Positions 39,054-48,650 of a stretch of 58,799 bases of DNA are shown one piece after another. The notes under the pieces are model-generated. The model did not search any database, was not told the DNA's origin, and worked only from the letters and a program-made list of their open reading frames with translations. The position numbers were made by a program, and so were the translations under genes. How positions within the stretch are numbered: the stretch's first letter is position 1; each line of letters starts with the position of its first letter. This DNA is from Thermoplasmata archaeon (lineage in GTDB: Archaea; Thermoplasmatota; Thermoplasmata; Lutacidiplasmatales; UBA184). The stretch spans positions 1 through 58,799 of the forward strand of contig JAKAOF010000007.1 of the NCBI GenBank assembly GCA_021823345.1, in the 5' to 3' direction.

Positions 39054-40687
39054 GCGGGATCCCGATGGAAGGCGATGTGCCCGCGACGATCGCTCCGTCC
39101 GCCCCGGTCCCTCCGTCCGCCCCGTCGCCGGGACGTAAGGAGGAGTTCGACTGGGTCGGCTCTTTCGCTCCGTCGATCCCCATCGGGGACGACGCTGGCC
39201 GTCCCTGGCGGCTCGAACTACCATCCGAACGATGGAAGGAGGTCACCCTCACCCTGGACCGGGCCCTGCACCATCGCCTCGCCTCGTTTTGGGCGGAGCA
39301 CTGGACGGACGGTGCCTCGCGCCTTCACACGCTATGGATGGGGGACGCTTCCTGCCGCGGGATCCACCTGATCACCGTCCTTCCCGCGGGCAACGCTGGG
39401 GTTCCCTCGTTGCTACCGGAGATCCCCGCCGCGCTCTACTTCGAGCGGGAGATGCGGGAGATGTACGGCGTGGAGTTCCTCGGAGCGGCCGACCGTCGGC
39501 CCCTGCTCCTGCATTACCAGCATTCCGGTCCCCCGATGCGCCCCGGTACGAGCCCTCCGCGGGACGCGCGGGCGCCGTTTGCCTTCCCGATCACGGAGGG
39601 GGAGGGCATCTACGAGATCCCGGTGGGCCCGGTCCACGCCGGGATCATCGAGCCGGGGCACTTTCGTTTTCAGGTCGTCGGAGAGCAGATCCTCAACCTC
39701 GAGGTCCGGTTGGGCTACACGCACAAGGCCACCGAGAAACGCTTCGAGGGCCGATCCCCCTCGCTCGGAGTGCTGCTCGCAGAATCCGTCTCCGGGGACA
39801 GTTCGGTGGCGGGGGCGGTGGCCTTCCTCGAAGCGGTCGAGCAAGCGCTCGGCATCGAGGTATCCCGTTCCGCACAGCTCTCCCGCGGGCTCCTCCTGGA
39901 GCTCGAGCGCATGGCGTTCCTCCTGGGCGACGTGGCGGGGATCGCGCTCGACGTGGGGTACGCCGCCGGTGCGGCGCAGGCCAACTTCTTGCGGGAGCGC
40001 TCCTACGAGGGCCTGGAGATGGTGGGAGGTTCCCGGCTCGGTCGGGGCACCCTCGCCCCCGGCGGTCTCGCTCGCCCTCTGGCGAGCGACATGGGAACGC
40101 CGCTCGCCGAGACGCTGGCGCTCGTCGCCCGGGGGAACGAGGAACTCTTGGAGCACCTCTTGAGCCGTCCGAGCGTGGTCGACCGTCTGCGCGGCACCGG
40201 GGAAGTGCGGACGGACGTGGCGCGCGCCCTCGCGCTCGTGGGCCCGGCCGCGCGTGCTTCGGGACTCGACCGGGATGTCCGTCGGGATCGGCCCTACGGC
40301 GCTTACCGAGAAGTGGCAGTGCGGGTCGCCGGCGAGCGCGCCGGCGATGTGGAGGCCCGGCTCAAGGTGAAGGTCGCCGAGATCGCCGAGGCCTGCCGGC
40401 TGGCGAGCGAGTTCCAGCGGGCGGGTGCGTTGGATTCGGCGAAGGCTCCGCCTCCCCTCCCAGCGCGTTCGGCGGGAGACGGGCTCGGGGTGGTCGAAGC
40501 GCCCCGCGGAGAGTTCCTTATCTGGGTCTCGGTCGGCGAGGAGGGGACCCTCCGGCGCGTGCATGTCCGCGATCCATCGTACCTCAACTGGCCCGCCATC
40601 GAGTACGCGGTGAAGGGCAACATCGTCCCCGATTTCCCGCTGTGCAACAAGAGCCTGAACCTTTCTTACTCGGGGTTCGACCGATGA
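39050..40687 (+). CDS. Ehr large subunit (HyfG/HycE-like NuoCD fusion) lacking [NiFe]-binding cysteines
   Basis: EIPVGPVHAGIIEPGHFRF, EAPRGE, RDPS; L1 region reads ESVSGDSS and L2 region reads DFPLCNKSLNLSYSGFDR; start ATG 39050. Confidence 0.88.
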   Translation: MSGIPMEGDVPATIAPSAPVPPSAPSPGRKEEFDWVGSFAPSIPIGDDAGRPWRLELPSERWKEVTLTLDRALHHRLASFWAEHWTDGASRLHTLWMGDASCRGIHLITVLPAGNAGVPSLLPEIPAALYFEREMREMYGVEFLGAADRRPLLLHYQHSGPPMRPGTSPPRDARAPFAFPITEGEGIYEIPVGPVHAGIIEPGHFRFQVVGEQILNLEVRLGYTHKATEKRFEGRSPSLGVLLAESVSGDSSVAGAVAFLEAVEQALGIEVSRSAQLSRGLLLELERMAFLLGDVAGIALDVGYAAGAAQANFLRERSYEGLEMVGGSRLGRGTLAPGGLARPLASDMGTPLAETLALVARGNEELLEHLLSRPSVVDRLRGTGEVRTDVARALALVGPAARASGLDRDVRRDRPYGAYREVAVRVAGERAGDVEARLKVKVAEIAEACRLASEFQRAGALDSAKAPPPLPARSAGDGLGVVEAPRGEFLIWVSVGEEGTLRRVHVRDPSYLNWPAIEYAVKGNIVPDFPLCNKSLNLSYSGFDR

Positions 40688-41559
40688 GCACGCACGACCC
40701 CGGCTCCCGTCCGGACGCACCCGCCGGCGGTCCCTTCGGTACGCTCGTCACGGGGACCTATCCGGAGGGACCGGCGGATCCGGTGGGACGGGGTGCCCGG
40801 ACCCCCCTTCACCAGTCCCCCCGGTGCGAGGGAACGGGGGAATGTGCATTGGCGTGCCCGACCCAAGCGATCGAGGTGACGGGGCGCGGGAAGGGAGCCA
40901 CGTTCCAACTGGACTATGGCCGGTGCGTCTTCTGCCGGGCCTGTGTCGACGTCTGCCCCACGGGGGCGCTGATCGCCTCGGCGGACTTCGAGCTGTCGGT
41001 GCGACGCCGGGAGGACCTTGTGGTCCGCCACGGGGCCGGACGCGCGCCCCCGACCTACCCGGTCGACCAGCGCAAGGAAGCGGAGACGCAGGCGCGCATC
41101 CAGCGTCTTTTCGGGGGATCGCTCGCGATCCGGGAGGTGGACGCCGGAAGCTGCAACGGCTGCGAGGTCGAGGTGAGCGCGCTCACCTGGCCCCGATTCG
41201 ACTCCGAACGGCTCGGGATCCACTTCGTCGCATCACCTCGCCACGCGGACGCGCTCCTCGTCACGGGCCCCGTGAACGTGAACATGCGGCTCGCGTTGGA
41301 GAAGACCTTCCGCGCGACCCCGTCTCCCAAGATCGTGCTCGCGGTCGGGGCCTGCGGGATCTCGGGGGGGCCCTTCCGGGACTCCGCCGAGGTGCGCAAT
41401 GGCGTGGCGCCGACGCTTCCCGTCACGGTGTTCATTCCCGGCTGCCCCCCTCGCCCGGAGGCGCTCCTCTACGGGATATGGCTCGCCCTGGGCAAGCTGG
41501 AGCAACGAGTGGTCCAGGGCGAGCTTCCGACCGCCGCTTCCGGAACGCCTAAAAGGTAA
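40684..41559 (+). CDS. Ehr ferredoxin plus small-subunit fusion (HyfH/NuoI + HyfI/NuoB-like)
   Basis: CxxxxxCxxxCP and CxxCxxCxxxCP, then GSCNGC, GAC, PGCPP; start ATG 40684. Confidence 0.88.
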   Translation: MSTHDPGSRPDAPAGGPFGTLVTGTYPEGPADPVGRGARTPLHQSPRCEGTGECALACPTQAIEVTGRGKGATFQLDYGRCVFCRACVDVCPTGALIASADFELSVRRREDLVVRHGAGRAPPTYPVDQRKEAETQARIQRLFGGSLAIREVDAGSCNGCEVEVSALTWPRFDSERLGIHFVASPRHADALLVTGPVNVNMRLALEKTFRATPSPKIVLAVGACGISGGPFRDSAEVRNGVAPTLPVTVFIPGCPPRPEALLYGIWLALGKLEQRVVQGELPTAASGTPKR

Positions 41560-41566
41560 ATCGAGC

Positions 41567-42715
41567 ATGCGGAAGGTCCGGATGGCCCGCAAGTTTCAGC
41601 CTGCATCGGCGGACGCCCGGACGGGGACCGAGGGAGTACCGTCCACTCCCGAGCCCGTTCCCCGCGTGCTCCAGCGTTCGGGCCCGAGCACCCTCGTGGT
41701 CAGCCTTCCGAAGGATTGGATCGAGCGGGAAGGGCTTTCGGCCGGTCAGTTCGTCGCCTGGGTCCGGGAGGAGAACGGGGAGCTCCGCCTGCATCTCCCC
41801 CGGAATCGTCCGGCACGGCCCGAGATGCGCGAGTTCTCCGTTCACCTGGCCCACCCGGGGTCCCCCGAGCAGGCCCGGCGCGTGTTGCTTTCCTCGTACG
41901 TGCTGGGGTATGACCGGGTCCGGATGGAGGACCCGAAAGGGATGCCCGAAGAGGTCCGCTCGGCCGTCGAGCAGACGGCCCGGGAGCTCCTGGGGTTCGC
42001 GTTGACCGAAGTGTCCCGCACCACCCTCGTGGCCACCAGCTTCCTCGACCCCACCACCCATCCGGTCGCCGAGGTGGTCTCCCGGATCGGCTACACCCTT
42101 GACCTCTGGCTGGAACGCCTGGAGCGGTCGTTGGAGGAATTGTCCCCTGCCTCCCTCCAGCGTCTCCCCGACCTCCGCGGCGAGGTGCGTCGCCTGCACG
42201 CCCTCACGCTGCGCCAGTTGAATCTCGCGGCGGGAAATCCGCGTCTCGCCCGACAATTGGGCGTGAACCGGGCCAGTCACCTCCTGGGGACGCGCGTGGT
42301 GACGAACCTCCTCGACGACATCGCGGAGGCCGTGGAGATGGTCGCCTCGGAGCTCCAGAAGCTCCGGCATCCTCCGTCCAATGTCCGCCCCATCCTTGCG
42401 GAGTTCCACGATCGTGTGCAGATCCTGCGGGACCGGCTCCAGCGTTCGTTGAGCGCGCTTCGGACCGGCAACGCCTCGGAAGCCGAGTCCGTGCTCGACG
42501 GGCGCAAGGAGGCGCTTGAGCACTACTTCCGGACCGAGACGAAGCTCCGGCGGCTCTCCGGACCGGCCAACATCCGCCATTCGCTCTCCCTGTGCTCTTG
42601 GTGGATCGGGGTGGCCCGTCAGCACGCCGAGGCGGTCGCAGAGGTCGCCTTCACCCGCTCCCTGGACCGCTCCCCGTCCGTGCTCGAGCTTTCCGGGGAC
42701 GAACCTTCGCGATAG
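41567..42715 (+). CDS. Archaeal phosphate-uptake regulator (AbrB-type DNA-binding + PhoU domains)
   Basis: RVLQRSGPSTLVVSLPKDW N-terminus, SSYVLGYD, helical PhoU-like repeats; the start may be 41582. Confidence 0.78.
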   Translation: MRKVRMARKFQPASADARTGTEGVPSTPEPVPRVLQRSGPSTLVVSLPKDWIEREGLSAGQFVAWVREENGELRLHLPRNRPARPEMREFSVHLAHPGSPEQARRVLLSSYVLGYDRVRMEDPKGMPEEVRSAVEQTARELLGFALTEVSRTTLVATSFLDPTTHPVAEVVSRIGYTLDLWLERLERSLEELSPASLQRLPDLRGEVRRLHALTLRQLNLAAGNPRLARQLGVNRASHLLGTRVVTNLLDDIAEAVEMVASELQKLRHPPSNVRPILAEFHDRVQILRDRLQRSLSALRTGNASEAESVLDGRKEALEHYFRTETKLRRLSGPANIRHSLSLCSWWIGVARQHAEAVAEVAFTRSLDRSPSVLELSGDEPSR

Positions 42716-42716
42716 T

Positions 42717-44456
42717 CTACGCGGAGGACGGAGGGGAGGGTCCTTGCCCGGCAACGCCGGGGAGGCTCGCAGGCTCCGCGGTGGGCGGAGCGGGCGCGAC
42801 GGGGTCGGAGGGGACTTCCACGGGGGGAGCGGTCACTTCGGGGGATGGGGTCGGGGGCGTCTCCATCGCGAGGTGTTCCTGCTCGCGGCGGCACAGACGG
42901 CACATCCGGATGCCTCCCGGAAGGTGCTGGAGGAGCATCCCGTGCTTCCGGCAGAAGTTCTCCGGTACCGCCCCGGGGATCGTGACCATCGGGTGCAACG
43001 TGTTGCCCCCGCGGGTGTCATCGCACCGGTCGCAGCAGAGCTCGTGGGCGTGCGGTCGGGCGTGGCCAAAGTAGTGCAAAAGGAACATCCTCCGGCACTC
43101 CGGGGCCCGCGCGTAGTCCTGCATGATGGAGAAGTGTTGGCGGCGCACCTCGCGCCAGTGGTGGAGGTTCTCGAGGACATGGGTGGCGTCGGACTCGGTC
43201 AGGTGGCGCACGAGGGTCACCGGGAACCAAGGGTCTCCCCAGTGCTTGGGATGGAGGATGCGCCGTTCCGCGAGGTAGGAGAGGAAGAGGCGCGCCTTTT
43301 CGGACTCCTCCGGCCCGCAGGCGACGTGCCAATGTTCTCCGGGCTGCAGGGCTTTTCCTTCCTCCAGTCGGGCCCGGATCCACGCCTCGTCCGGTTCGCT
43401 CTGGTCGAGCAAGAACTGGCGCTGGACGATGTCCACCGGGGGCACCGTGGCGAGTACCGCAAGCGATGGGAGTCCATCCCGGCCGGCGCGGCCGGACTCC
43501 TGGGCGTAGGCTTCGAGGGATCCGGGGAGGCCGATGTGGACCACCGCCCGCACGTCCTCCTTGTCGATCCCCATCCCGAAGGCGTTCGTGGCGACGACGA
43601 TGCGGGCGTGGCCCCGCATGAACTCCTCTTGGTAGCGGTTTCTAAGCTCCGGTGGAAGGCCGGCATGGTAGGGAAGCACCTCGTCCCCCAGGTGCACTCG
43701 GAGGTGGTCCGCCCAACGCTCGGCATCCCGCCGACGCGCCACGTAGCAGATGACCCGGCCTTGGGTCCGCTGGAGAAGGTCGGTCACGAAGGCCTTCCGC
43801 TCCTCCTCCCCGGCGAGCTCCTTCACGGCATAACGGATGTTCGGTCGGTCCATCGGGGCCACGAAGCGCTCCATGTTCCCGCCGAACTCGCGCGAGATGT
43901 CGTGCTGGACCTGCGGGGTCGCCGTGGCCGTGAGGGCCATGAGCGTCGGGGACCCGATCCGTTCCCGGAAGTAGGGCAAGAGACGGTAGAACGGACGGAA
44001 ATCGTGCCCCCATTGAGAGATGCAGTGCGCCTCGTCCACCGCGAGGAGGCTCCACGGCGTCGCCTGGACCGCCTGCAGGAACTCACGTTGCCAGAGACGT
44101 TCCGGGGCCGCGTACACGATCCGCTCCGGGCCCTCCCGGAGCGCCTCGAGCTTCCGGTGGGTCTCTTCGAGGGTGTCGTGGCTCGTGAGGGCGATCGCGG
44201 GGATCCCACGATGGCGGAGACGCTCCACCTGGTCCCGCATGAGCGAGATCAGCGGGGAGACCACCAGCGTCTTTCCCGGGAGGAGCAGGGACGGGAGCTC
44301 GTAGCAGAGCGACTTGCCGGCAGAGGTCGGAAGCACGGCGAGCACGGAGGAGCCGCGCAAGACCGCTTGGATGATCTCCTTCTGGAAGGGTCGGAATTCC
44401 TCGAGGCCGAAGGACTCTCTGAGGGTACGGTAGATCGGCTCTTCCTCCGGTATCAT
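42717..44456 (-). CDS. recQ: RecQ-family DNA helicase without HRDC domain
   Basis: GKSLCY, VDEAHCISQWGHDFRP, LTATAT, ATNAFGMGIDK, QESGRAGRDG, CRR..LHYFG..CCDRC motifs. Confidence 0.92.
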   Translation of the reverse strand: MIPEEEPIYRTLRESFGLEEFRPFQKEIIQAVLRGSSVLAVLPTSAGKSLCYELPSLLLPGKTLVVSPLISLMRDQVERLRHRGIPAIALTSHDTLEETHRKLEALREGPERIVYAAPERLWQREFLQAVQATPWSLLAVDEAHCISQWGHDFRPFYRLLPYFRERIGSPTLMALTATATPQVQHDISREFGGNMERFVAPMDRPNIRYAVKELAGEEERKAFVTDLLQRTQGRVICYVARRRDAERWADHLRVHLGDEVLPYHAGLPPELRNRYQEEFMRGHARIVVATNAFGMGIDKEDVRAVVHIGLPGSLEAYAQESGRAGRDGLPSLAVLATVPPVDIVQRQFLLDQSEPDEAWIRARLEEGKALQPGEHWHVACGPEESEKARLFLSYLAERRILHPKHWGDPWFPVTLVRHLTESDATHVLENLHHWREVRRQHFSIMQDYARAPECRRMFLLHYFGHARPHAHELCCDRCDDTRGGNTLHPMVTIPGAVPENFCRKHGMLLQHLPGGIRMCRLCRREQEHLAMETPPTPSPEVTAPPVEVPSDPVAPAPPTAEPASLPGVAGQGPSPPSSA

Positions 44457-44481
44457 TGGACATCCCAGGCGGACAAAGGGA

Positions 44482-44509
44482 CTTAAACCCTCGTTTCCAC
44501 TGGAAATCG
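44482..44509 (-). promoter_or_regulatory. ORB-like palindrome abutting the recQ TATA box
   Basis: Minus strand CGATTTCCAGTGGAAACGAGGG-TTTAAG, with the TATA-like element about 26 nt upstream of the recQ ATG. Confidence 0.5.
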
Positions 44510-44529
44510 TTTTTCTCGGGGAGGCCCGT

Positions 44530-45399
44530 TCAAAGGAGCAGCAGGGTGAGCAGGAAGGGGGCGAGGAGCGTGAGCACGGCTCCCGTGGTCAACGCGATCC
44601 CGCCGGCCTCCTTTCCCCCGAACCGGGTGGCAAAGAACAGCGTCGTGTCCATGGACGTGGCCCCCCCGCAGGCGGCGATCCCTTCGGCCCCGGAGAACTG
44701 GCCGATCGCCTGGGCCCCGACCATGGTGAAGTTCTCCCGCAGGAAGTTGATGAGGAAGGCGATGAGCCCGAGCGTCGGGGTGAGGCTCGCACCGATGAGC
44801 GGTCCCGCGAGGCTGTACCATCCGAACGCGCCGATGAGCGCGGCCCCCTCGTTCCACGGGACATGCACCACGATCGAGACGAGGGGGACGAGCACGGCGA
44901 CACCGATGATCGCGGAGGCGATCGGCACCGCCGCCCTCCGCAGGGCGTCCCAGGAGAGCCGGATATCCCACCCCACGAGGAAGAGCAGGGCGAGGAGGTC
45001 CGCGTCCTCGAAGTACATGGGGTAGGCCGACGGGGTCCCGGGGAAGAGGACGCCCGCGCCATAGCCCACCGCCAGGGCGGCGAGGATGAGCGCGGGAAGG
45101 GTGAGGGTGTTCCACCGGAAGGGCTGGTCCTGGGGGTTTCGGCGTCGCCCTTTCCCGAGGAGCTCGGTCACGGAGGCGGTGACCACGATCAGTGCGAGGG
45201 CGAGCAGTGCGGATTCCGCGACGAGGAGCGGAGCGTTGAGCAGCCCCTGCATCCCCAGAAGGAAGCCCAGGGACCCGACCAGGAGCAGGATCGTCCCCTG
45301 GATGACGAGGCCCGCGCGGACCGGTGGGGGCCGAAACCGCCCGAGCAAGATCCCCAGCGCGAGGGACCCGTAGAAGAGCCCGTCGAGCAGGAATCCCAT
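44530..45399 (-). CDS. LysO/YbjE (DUF340) family exporter
   Basis: FGWYSLAG, NFLRE, GGATSMDTTL motifs. Confidence 0.85.
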   Translation of the reverse strand: MGFLLDGLFYGSLALGILLGRFRPPPVRAGLVIQGTILLLVGSLGFLLGMQGLLNAPLLVAESALLALALIVVTASVTELLGKGRRRNPQDQPFRWNTLTLPALILAALAVGYGAGVLFPGTPSAYPMYFEDADLLALLFLVGWDIRLSWDALRRAAVPIASAIIGVAVLVPLVSIVVHVPWNEGAALIGAFGWYSLAGPLIGASLTPTLGLIAFLINFLRENFTMVGAQAIGQFSGAEGIAACGGATSMDTTLFFATRFGGKEAGGIALTTGAVLTLLAPFLLTLLLL

Positions 45400-45442
45400 G
45401 CCCGCTCCAACCTTTCGGGGGTTTGAGGCTTCCTGCTCGGAA

Positions 45443-45646
45443 TCAGGGGGGTCCGAGTCCTTCGGTGAGCTTTGCGATGCCCCCGAGGAGGAGCAGCAGG
45501 CCGGTCCCGCCCAGGATGAGGAAGAGGAGCGATGGCTCCGAAGTGAGGTGCGCGGTGTCGAAACCCGGGTAGTAGAGCGCGTACGCCGCTAGGAGGAGAA
45601 CGAACCCGAGGATCGTGGCCACCGCGGCCCCCGTCGTTCGCGCCAT
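45443..45646 (-). CDS. Small two-TM membrane protein
   Basis: 67 aa with two hydrophobic segments; host-like codon usage. Confidence 0.55.
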   Translation of the reverse strand: MARTTGAAVATILGFVLLLAAYALYYPGFDTAHLTSEPSLLFLILGGTGLLLLLGGIAKLTEGLGPP

Positions 45647-45753
45647 CTCAGGTGTTCCAGGGTGCGGGCGCCTATAGCCATTGGCTCCCGCTCGGCCCGG
45701 CCAGTGGTGCGCCGCAACGGATAACTATCCCCCGGTACCTTTCGTGCGCCATC

Positions 45754-48642
45754 GTGCACACCCCCACTGCGGCTCCCGTTCCTGGCGAGGTCCCGTTCGT
45801 AGGCCGTCGCAAGGAGATCGCCGCGCTCCGCGAGCACCTCCTCCACGCCCGGGATGGCCAAGGGGGCGTGGTCGTGGTCTCCGGTCCGGCAGGGATCGGC
45901 AAGACCTCGCTCCTCCGGTGGCTGGAAACGGAGGCCGAGCGCCAGAGCTTCTCCGTGCGATGGGGATACTGCCTGCCATTGTCGGCGGGCCCCTTCTTCC
46001 CCTTTCTCCAGCTCTTCCCGCAGGCCACGACGCTCCGGGAGAAATCGACGCCCGACCGTCGTCGCCGTTCGGGTCGATCGACCCGTGTAGCTCGCCCAAC
46101 TCGGTCGCCTCCGGGAGGGATCCCGGGGCTCCTTCAGTTCCTGGACGCGATGGAGACGCAGTCCGCCGCGCATCCCCTGGTGTTGCTCCTCGATGACTTC
46201 CACTGGGCCGATCCGGAGTCCATCCAGGCGCTCCGGCTCCTGGGACGGAATGCCCGCCGGCGAAGCGTCCTGTTCGCCGTGGCCGTCCGGGAGACGGAAG
46301 TGAGCAGTCCCTCGCTCCAGGACCTCCTCCGGGACCTTCGAAGGGAGGGGGTCGCGCGGGACCTGCCGCTCACCGGTTTCCGTGAGCAGGAGGCGCAGGA
46401 CCTGCTGGAGAGCGTGATCCGGGCTCCCATGGACACCCACCGGGTACGGGGTGCCTTGCGCGCCCTGCTCGCCCGCACGGGGGGAAATCCCTACTTCTTG
46501 CTCGAGACGGCCCGCCAGCTGCAGGAAATGGGTCAATTGCGGCGGGAGGAGGGCCGCGCGGTGCTCGAGGTGCGCGAACCCCGCGGGACGGAACGTCCCC
46601 TGGATGTGCCCTCGAACGTTGGGGCGCTCCTCGATGGGACCGTCGCGCTCCTCGCCCCCGAGGAGCGGGAAGTGCTCGAGGGGGCGTCCCTCATGGGACC
46701 GGAGTTCGAGCCGGCCGCATTGCCCGCGGTCCTGAGGAAACGCAGCCGGGAGGTGCTCTCCACGCTCCACCGGCTCACCTCGGCCCGGAAGCTGGTGGAG
46801 CCGGTCGATGGGACCCCCGGGCGGTACCGATTCTCCCACATTCTGCTCCAGGAGCGGATCCGTTCTTCGATACCGGCCGATCGCAAGGGCGTCTGGATCC
46901 TAGGTCTACTGCATTGGTGGGAGTCCGAACGTCCCGCGGCCGTCGGTCAGATCTTCGCTCTGTGCCGCGATGCGGACATCTATCCGACGGGATCCGCGGC
47001 TTGCGTCAAGGCCATCGACTCCGCCCTCGAGTCCCACGGGCACGAGCGGGCCGCAGGGCTTGCCAATGAGATGCTCGAGTGGATGGTCGAACGGCACGAG
47101 TCCAATGCGGTGACGGGCGCCTGGGGGCTCCGCACCTTGGACCGGATGCGCCAGGACGGGGCGGCGGGCCGCTGGACGGAGCCGCTGTGCCGCCGTCTCT
47201 TGGACCTGGGCCTTCCCGTTCCCCTTCGTTGGCAAGTGTCCATCCGATTGGCGGGGATCATCGCGGACCGGGTTCCCGAGGCCCGCCGTACCCTCGACCA
47301 GGTCCAGTCGGAGATGAAGCGGTCCCCGCTCTCGAGCGAACCGGCGCTGCAGGGAACGTTCGCGCTCATGGACTCGGTCGTGCTCTACAACGAGGGGAAG
47401 ACCGCCGCCTCCGAGGCCGCGGCCCAGCGGGCCCTGGATATCCTTCCGCCGGAAGAGAAGTTCTACCGTGGACTGGCCCTTCACCGGCTGGGCTGGGTCG
47501 ATGCGGAACAGAACCGCTGGGCGGACGCCCGGGACCGCATCGAAGAGGGGTTGTCCCTCGCCCGATCGGAGCGCTACTGGGGCCTCATCCCCTACTTCCT
47601 CCTGATGCGGGGGCAGGTGGCCACCATTCAGGGCGAACTCCTGCGCGCCGAACAGATCTTCGAAGAGACCGCGGGGGTCTGCCGCGATCTGGGGCGCATG
47701 AACTGGCTCGCGACCACGCTCGCGGACCTCTCCCTCGTGCGGGCGGATCGCGGGGACCTCGCCGGAGCGGAGTCGGCTTCGAAGGAGGCCCTGCGGGTCT
47801 CGGAGACCTTTTCGATCCCGGGGGAGATCGGACCGAGCCTCCTCCAGTGGTCCCGGGTCAAGCTTCGGCAGGGGTTCCCGGCCGAGTCCATGGAGATACT
47901 GCGGCGCGCCCAGAAGGCGTACGCCGAGCATGGTCGTTCGACCGAGGTCCTTGAGATGCGGATGCACCGGGCCGACATCCGCTTTCACCTCGGCGATCCC
48001 AAAGGCGCGATCGAGGAGCTGCGGGACATCGAGGAGGGGAAGCTCAAGGAGGAGCAGGTGGCCCACCTGCATCTCCTCCGGGCCCAGTTCCTGATGGCTC
48101 GAGGGGATGGGCCCCGGGCCCGATCGGCCGCCGAGCGCGCGCGCTCCGAAGCCACCTCCCGGGGCCTTCGGTACAGTGCGGCCCAGGCGAACGCCACCCT
48201 CGCGGAATGGGAGCGTCGATACGGGACGCCCGAACGCGCAGCCGCGATGCAACGGCGCGCCGACCTCCAGTTCCGGGAGTGCGGCGTGCTGCGGACCTTC
48301 CGGTTCGATGGGAAGATACCGGGGGTTCCCTCCGTCACGACCTCTCCGACCCCACCGGCGCTCGCCCTCCGCTCTCCCTTGGCCTACCGCCTGCTGCGGT
48401 ACCTCTCCGTCCACGGCGCGATCGAGGGGATGATCGGACCGCGGGACCTCGCCCCGTTCGCCCTCACCCAGCAGGGGATCGCCCAAGGCCTCGGGATCCC
48501 CCGGGACCGCTTCAGCATGGTGCTCAAGCGGCTGGTGGACCGCGGGCTTGTCACCGCGCGCCAACACTACGTCCAGGCGGCGACACGCCGGTTGAAAGTG
48601 TACGTGCTCACCGAGGCGGGCGCCCGTCTCGTCTCCGCATAA
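45754..48642 (+). CDS. STAND-class ATPase with TPR-like repeats and C-terminal winged helix-turn-helix
   Basis: FVGR, Walker A GPAGIGKT, Walker B LLLDDFHWAD, GGNPYF, helical repeats, C-terminal LTQQGIAQGLGI..LKRLVDRGLV..KVYVLTEAG; start GTG 45754 (45652 possible). Confidence 0.85.
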   Translation: MHTPTAAPVPGEVPFVGRRKEIAALREHLLHARDGQGGVVVVSGPAGIGKTSLLRWLETEAERQSFSVRWGYCLPLSAGPFFPFLQLFPQATTLREKSTPDRRRRSGRSTRVARPTRSPPGGIPGLLQFLDAMETQSAAHPLVLLLDDFHWADPESIQALRLLGRNARRRSVLFAVAVRETEVSSPSLQDLLRDLRREGVARDLPLTGFREQEAQDLLESVIRAPMDTHRVRGALRALLARTGGNPYFLLETARQLQEMGQLRREEGRAVLEVREPRGTERPLDVPSNVGALLDGTVALLAPEEREVLEGASLMGPEFEPAALPAVLRKRSREVLSTLHRLTSARKLVEPVDGTPGRYRFSHILLQERIRSSIPADRKGVWILGLLHWWESERPAAVGQIFALCRDADIYPTGSAACVKAIDSALESHGHERAAGLANEMLEWMVERHESNAVTGAWGLRTLDRMRQDGAAGRWTEPLCRRLLDLGLPVPLRWQVSIRLAGIIADRVPEARRTLDQVQSEMKRSPLSSEPALQGTFALMDSVVLYNEGKTAASEAAAQRALDILPPEEKFYRGLALHRLGWVDAEQNRWADARDRIEEGLSLARSERYWGLIPYFLLMRGQVATIQGELLRAEQIFEETAGVCRDLGRMNWLATTLADLSLVRADRGDLAGAESASKEALRVSETFSIPGEIGPSLLQWSRVKLRQGFPAESMEILRRAQKAYAEHGRSTEVLEMRMHRADIRFHLGDPKGAIEELRDIEEGKLKEEQVAHLHLLRAQFLMARGDGPRARSAAERARSEATSRGLRYSAAQANATLAEWERRYGTPERAAAMQRRADLQFRECGVLRTFRFDGKIPGVPSVTTSPTPPALALRSPLAYRLLRYLSVHGAIEGMIGPRDLAPFALTQQGIAQGLGIPRDRFSMVLKRLVDRGLVTARQHYVQAATRRLKVYVLTEAGARLVSA

Positions 48643-48650
48643 GGCGAATC

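Noticed and set aside
39050-40687. Group 4 [NiFe]-hydrogenase or formate hydrogenlyase call
   Set aside because: The nickel-binding CxxC motifs are absent, and there are no fdh or hyp genes in the window.
45754-48642. Avs-type antiphage STAND defence protein
   Set aside because: No nuclease, TIR, Sir2 or other toxic effector domain; the only output domain is a wHTH.
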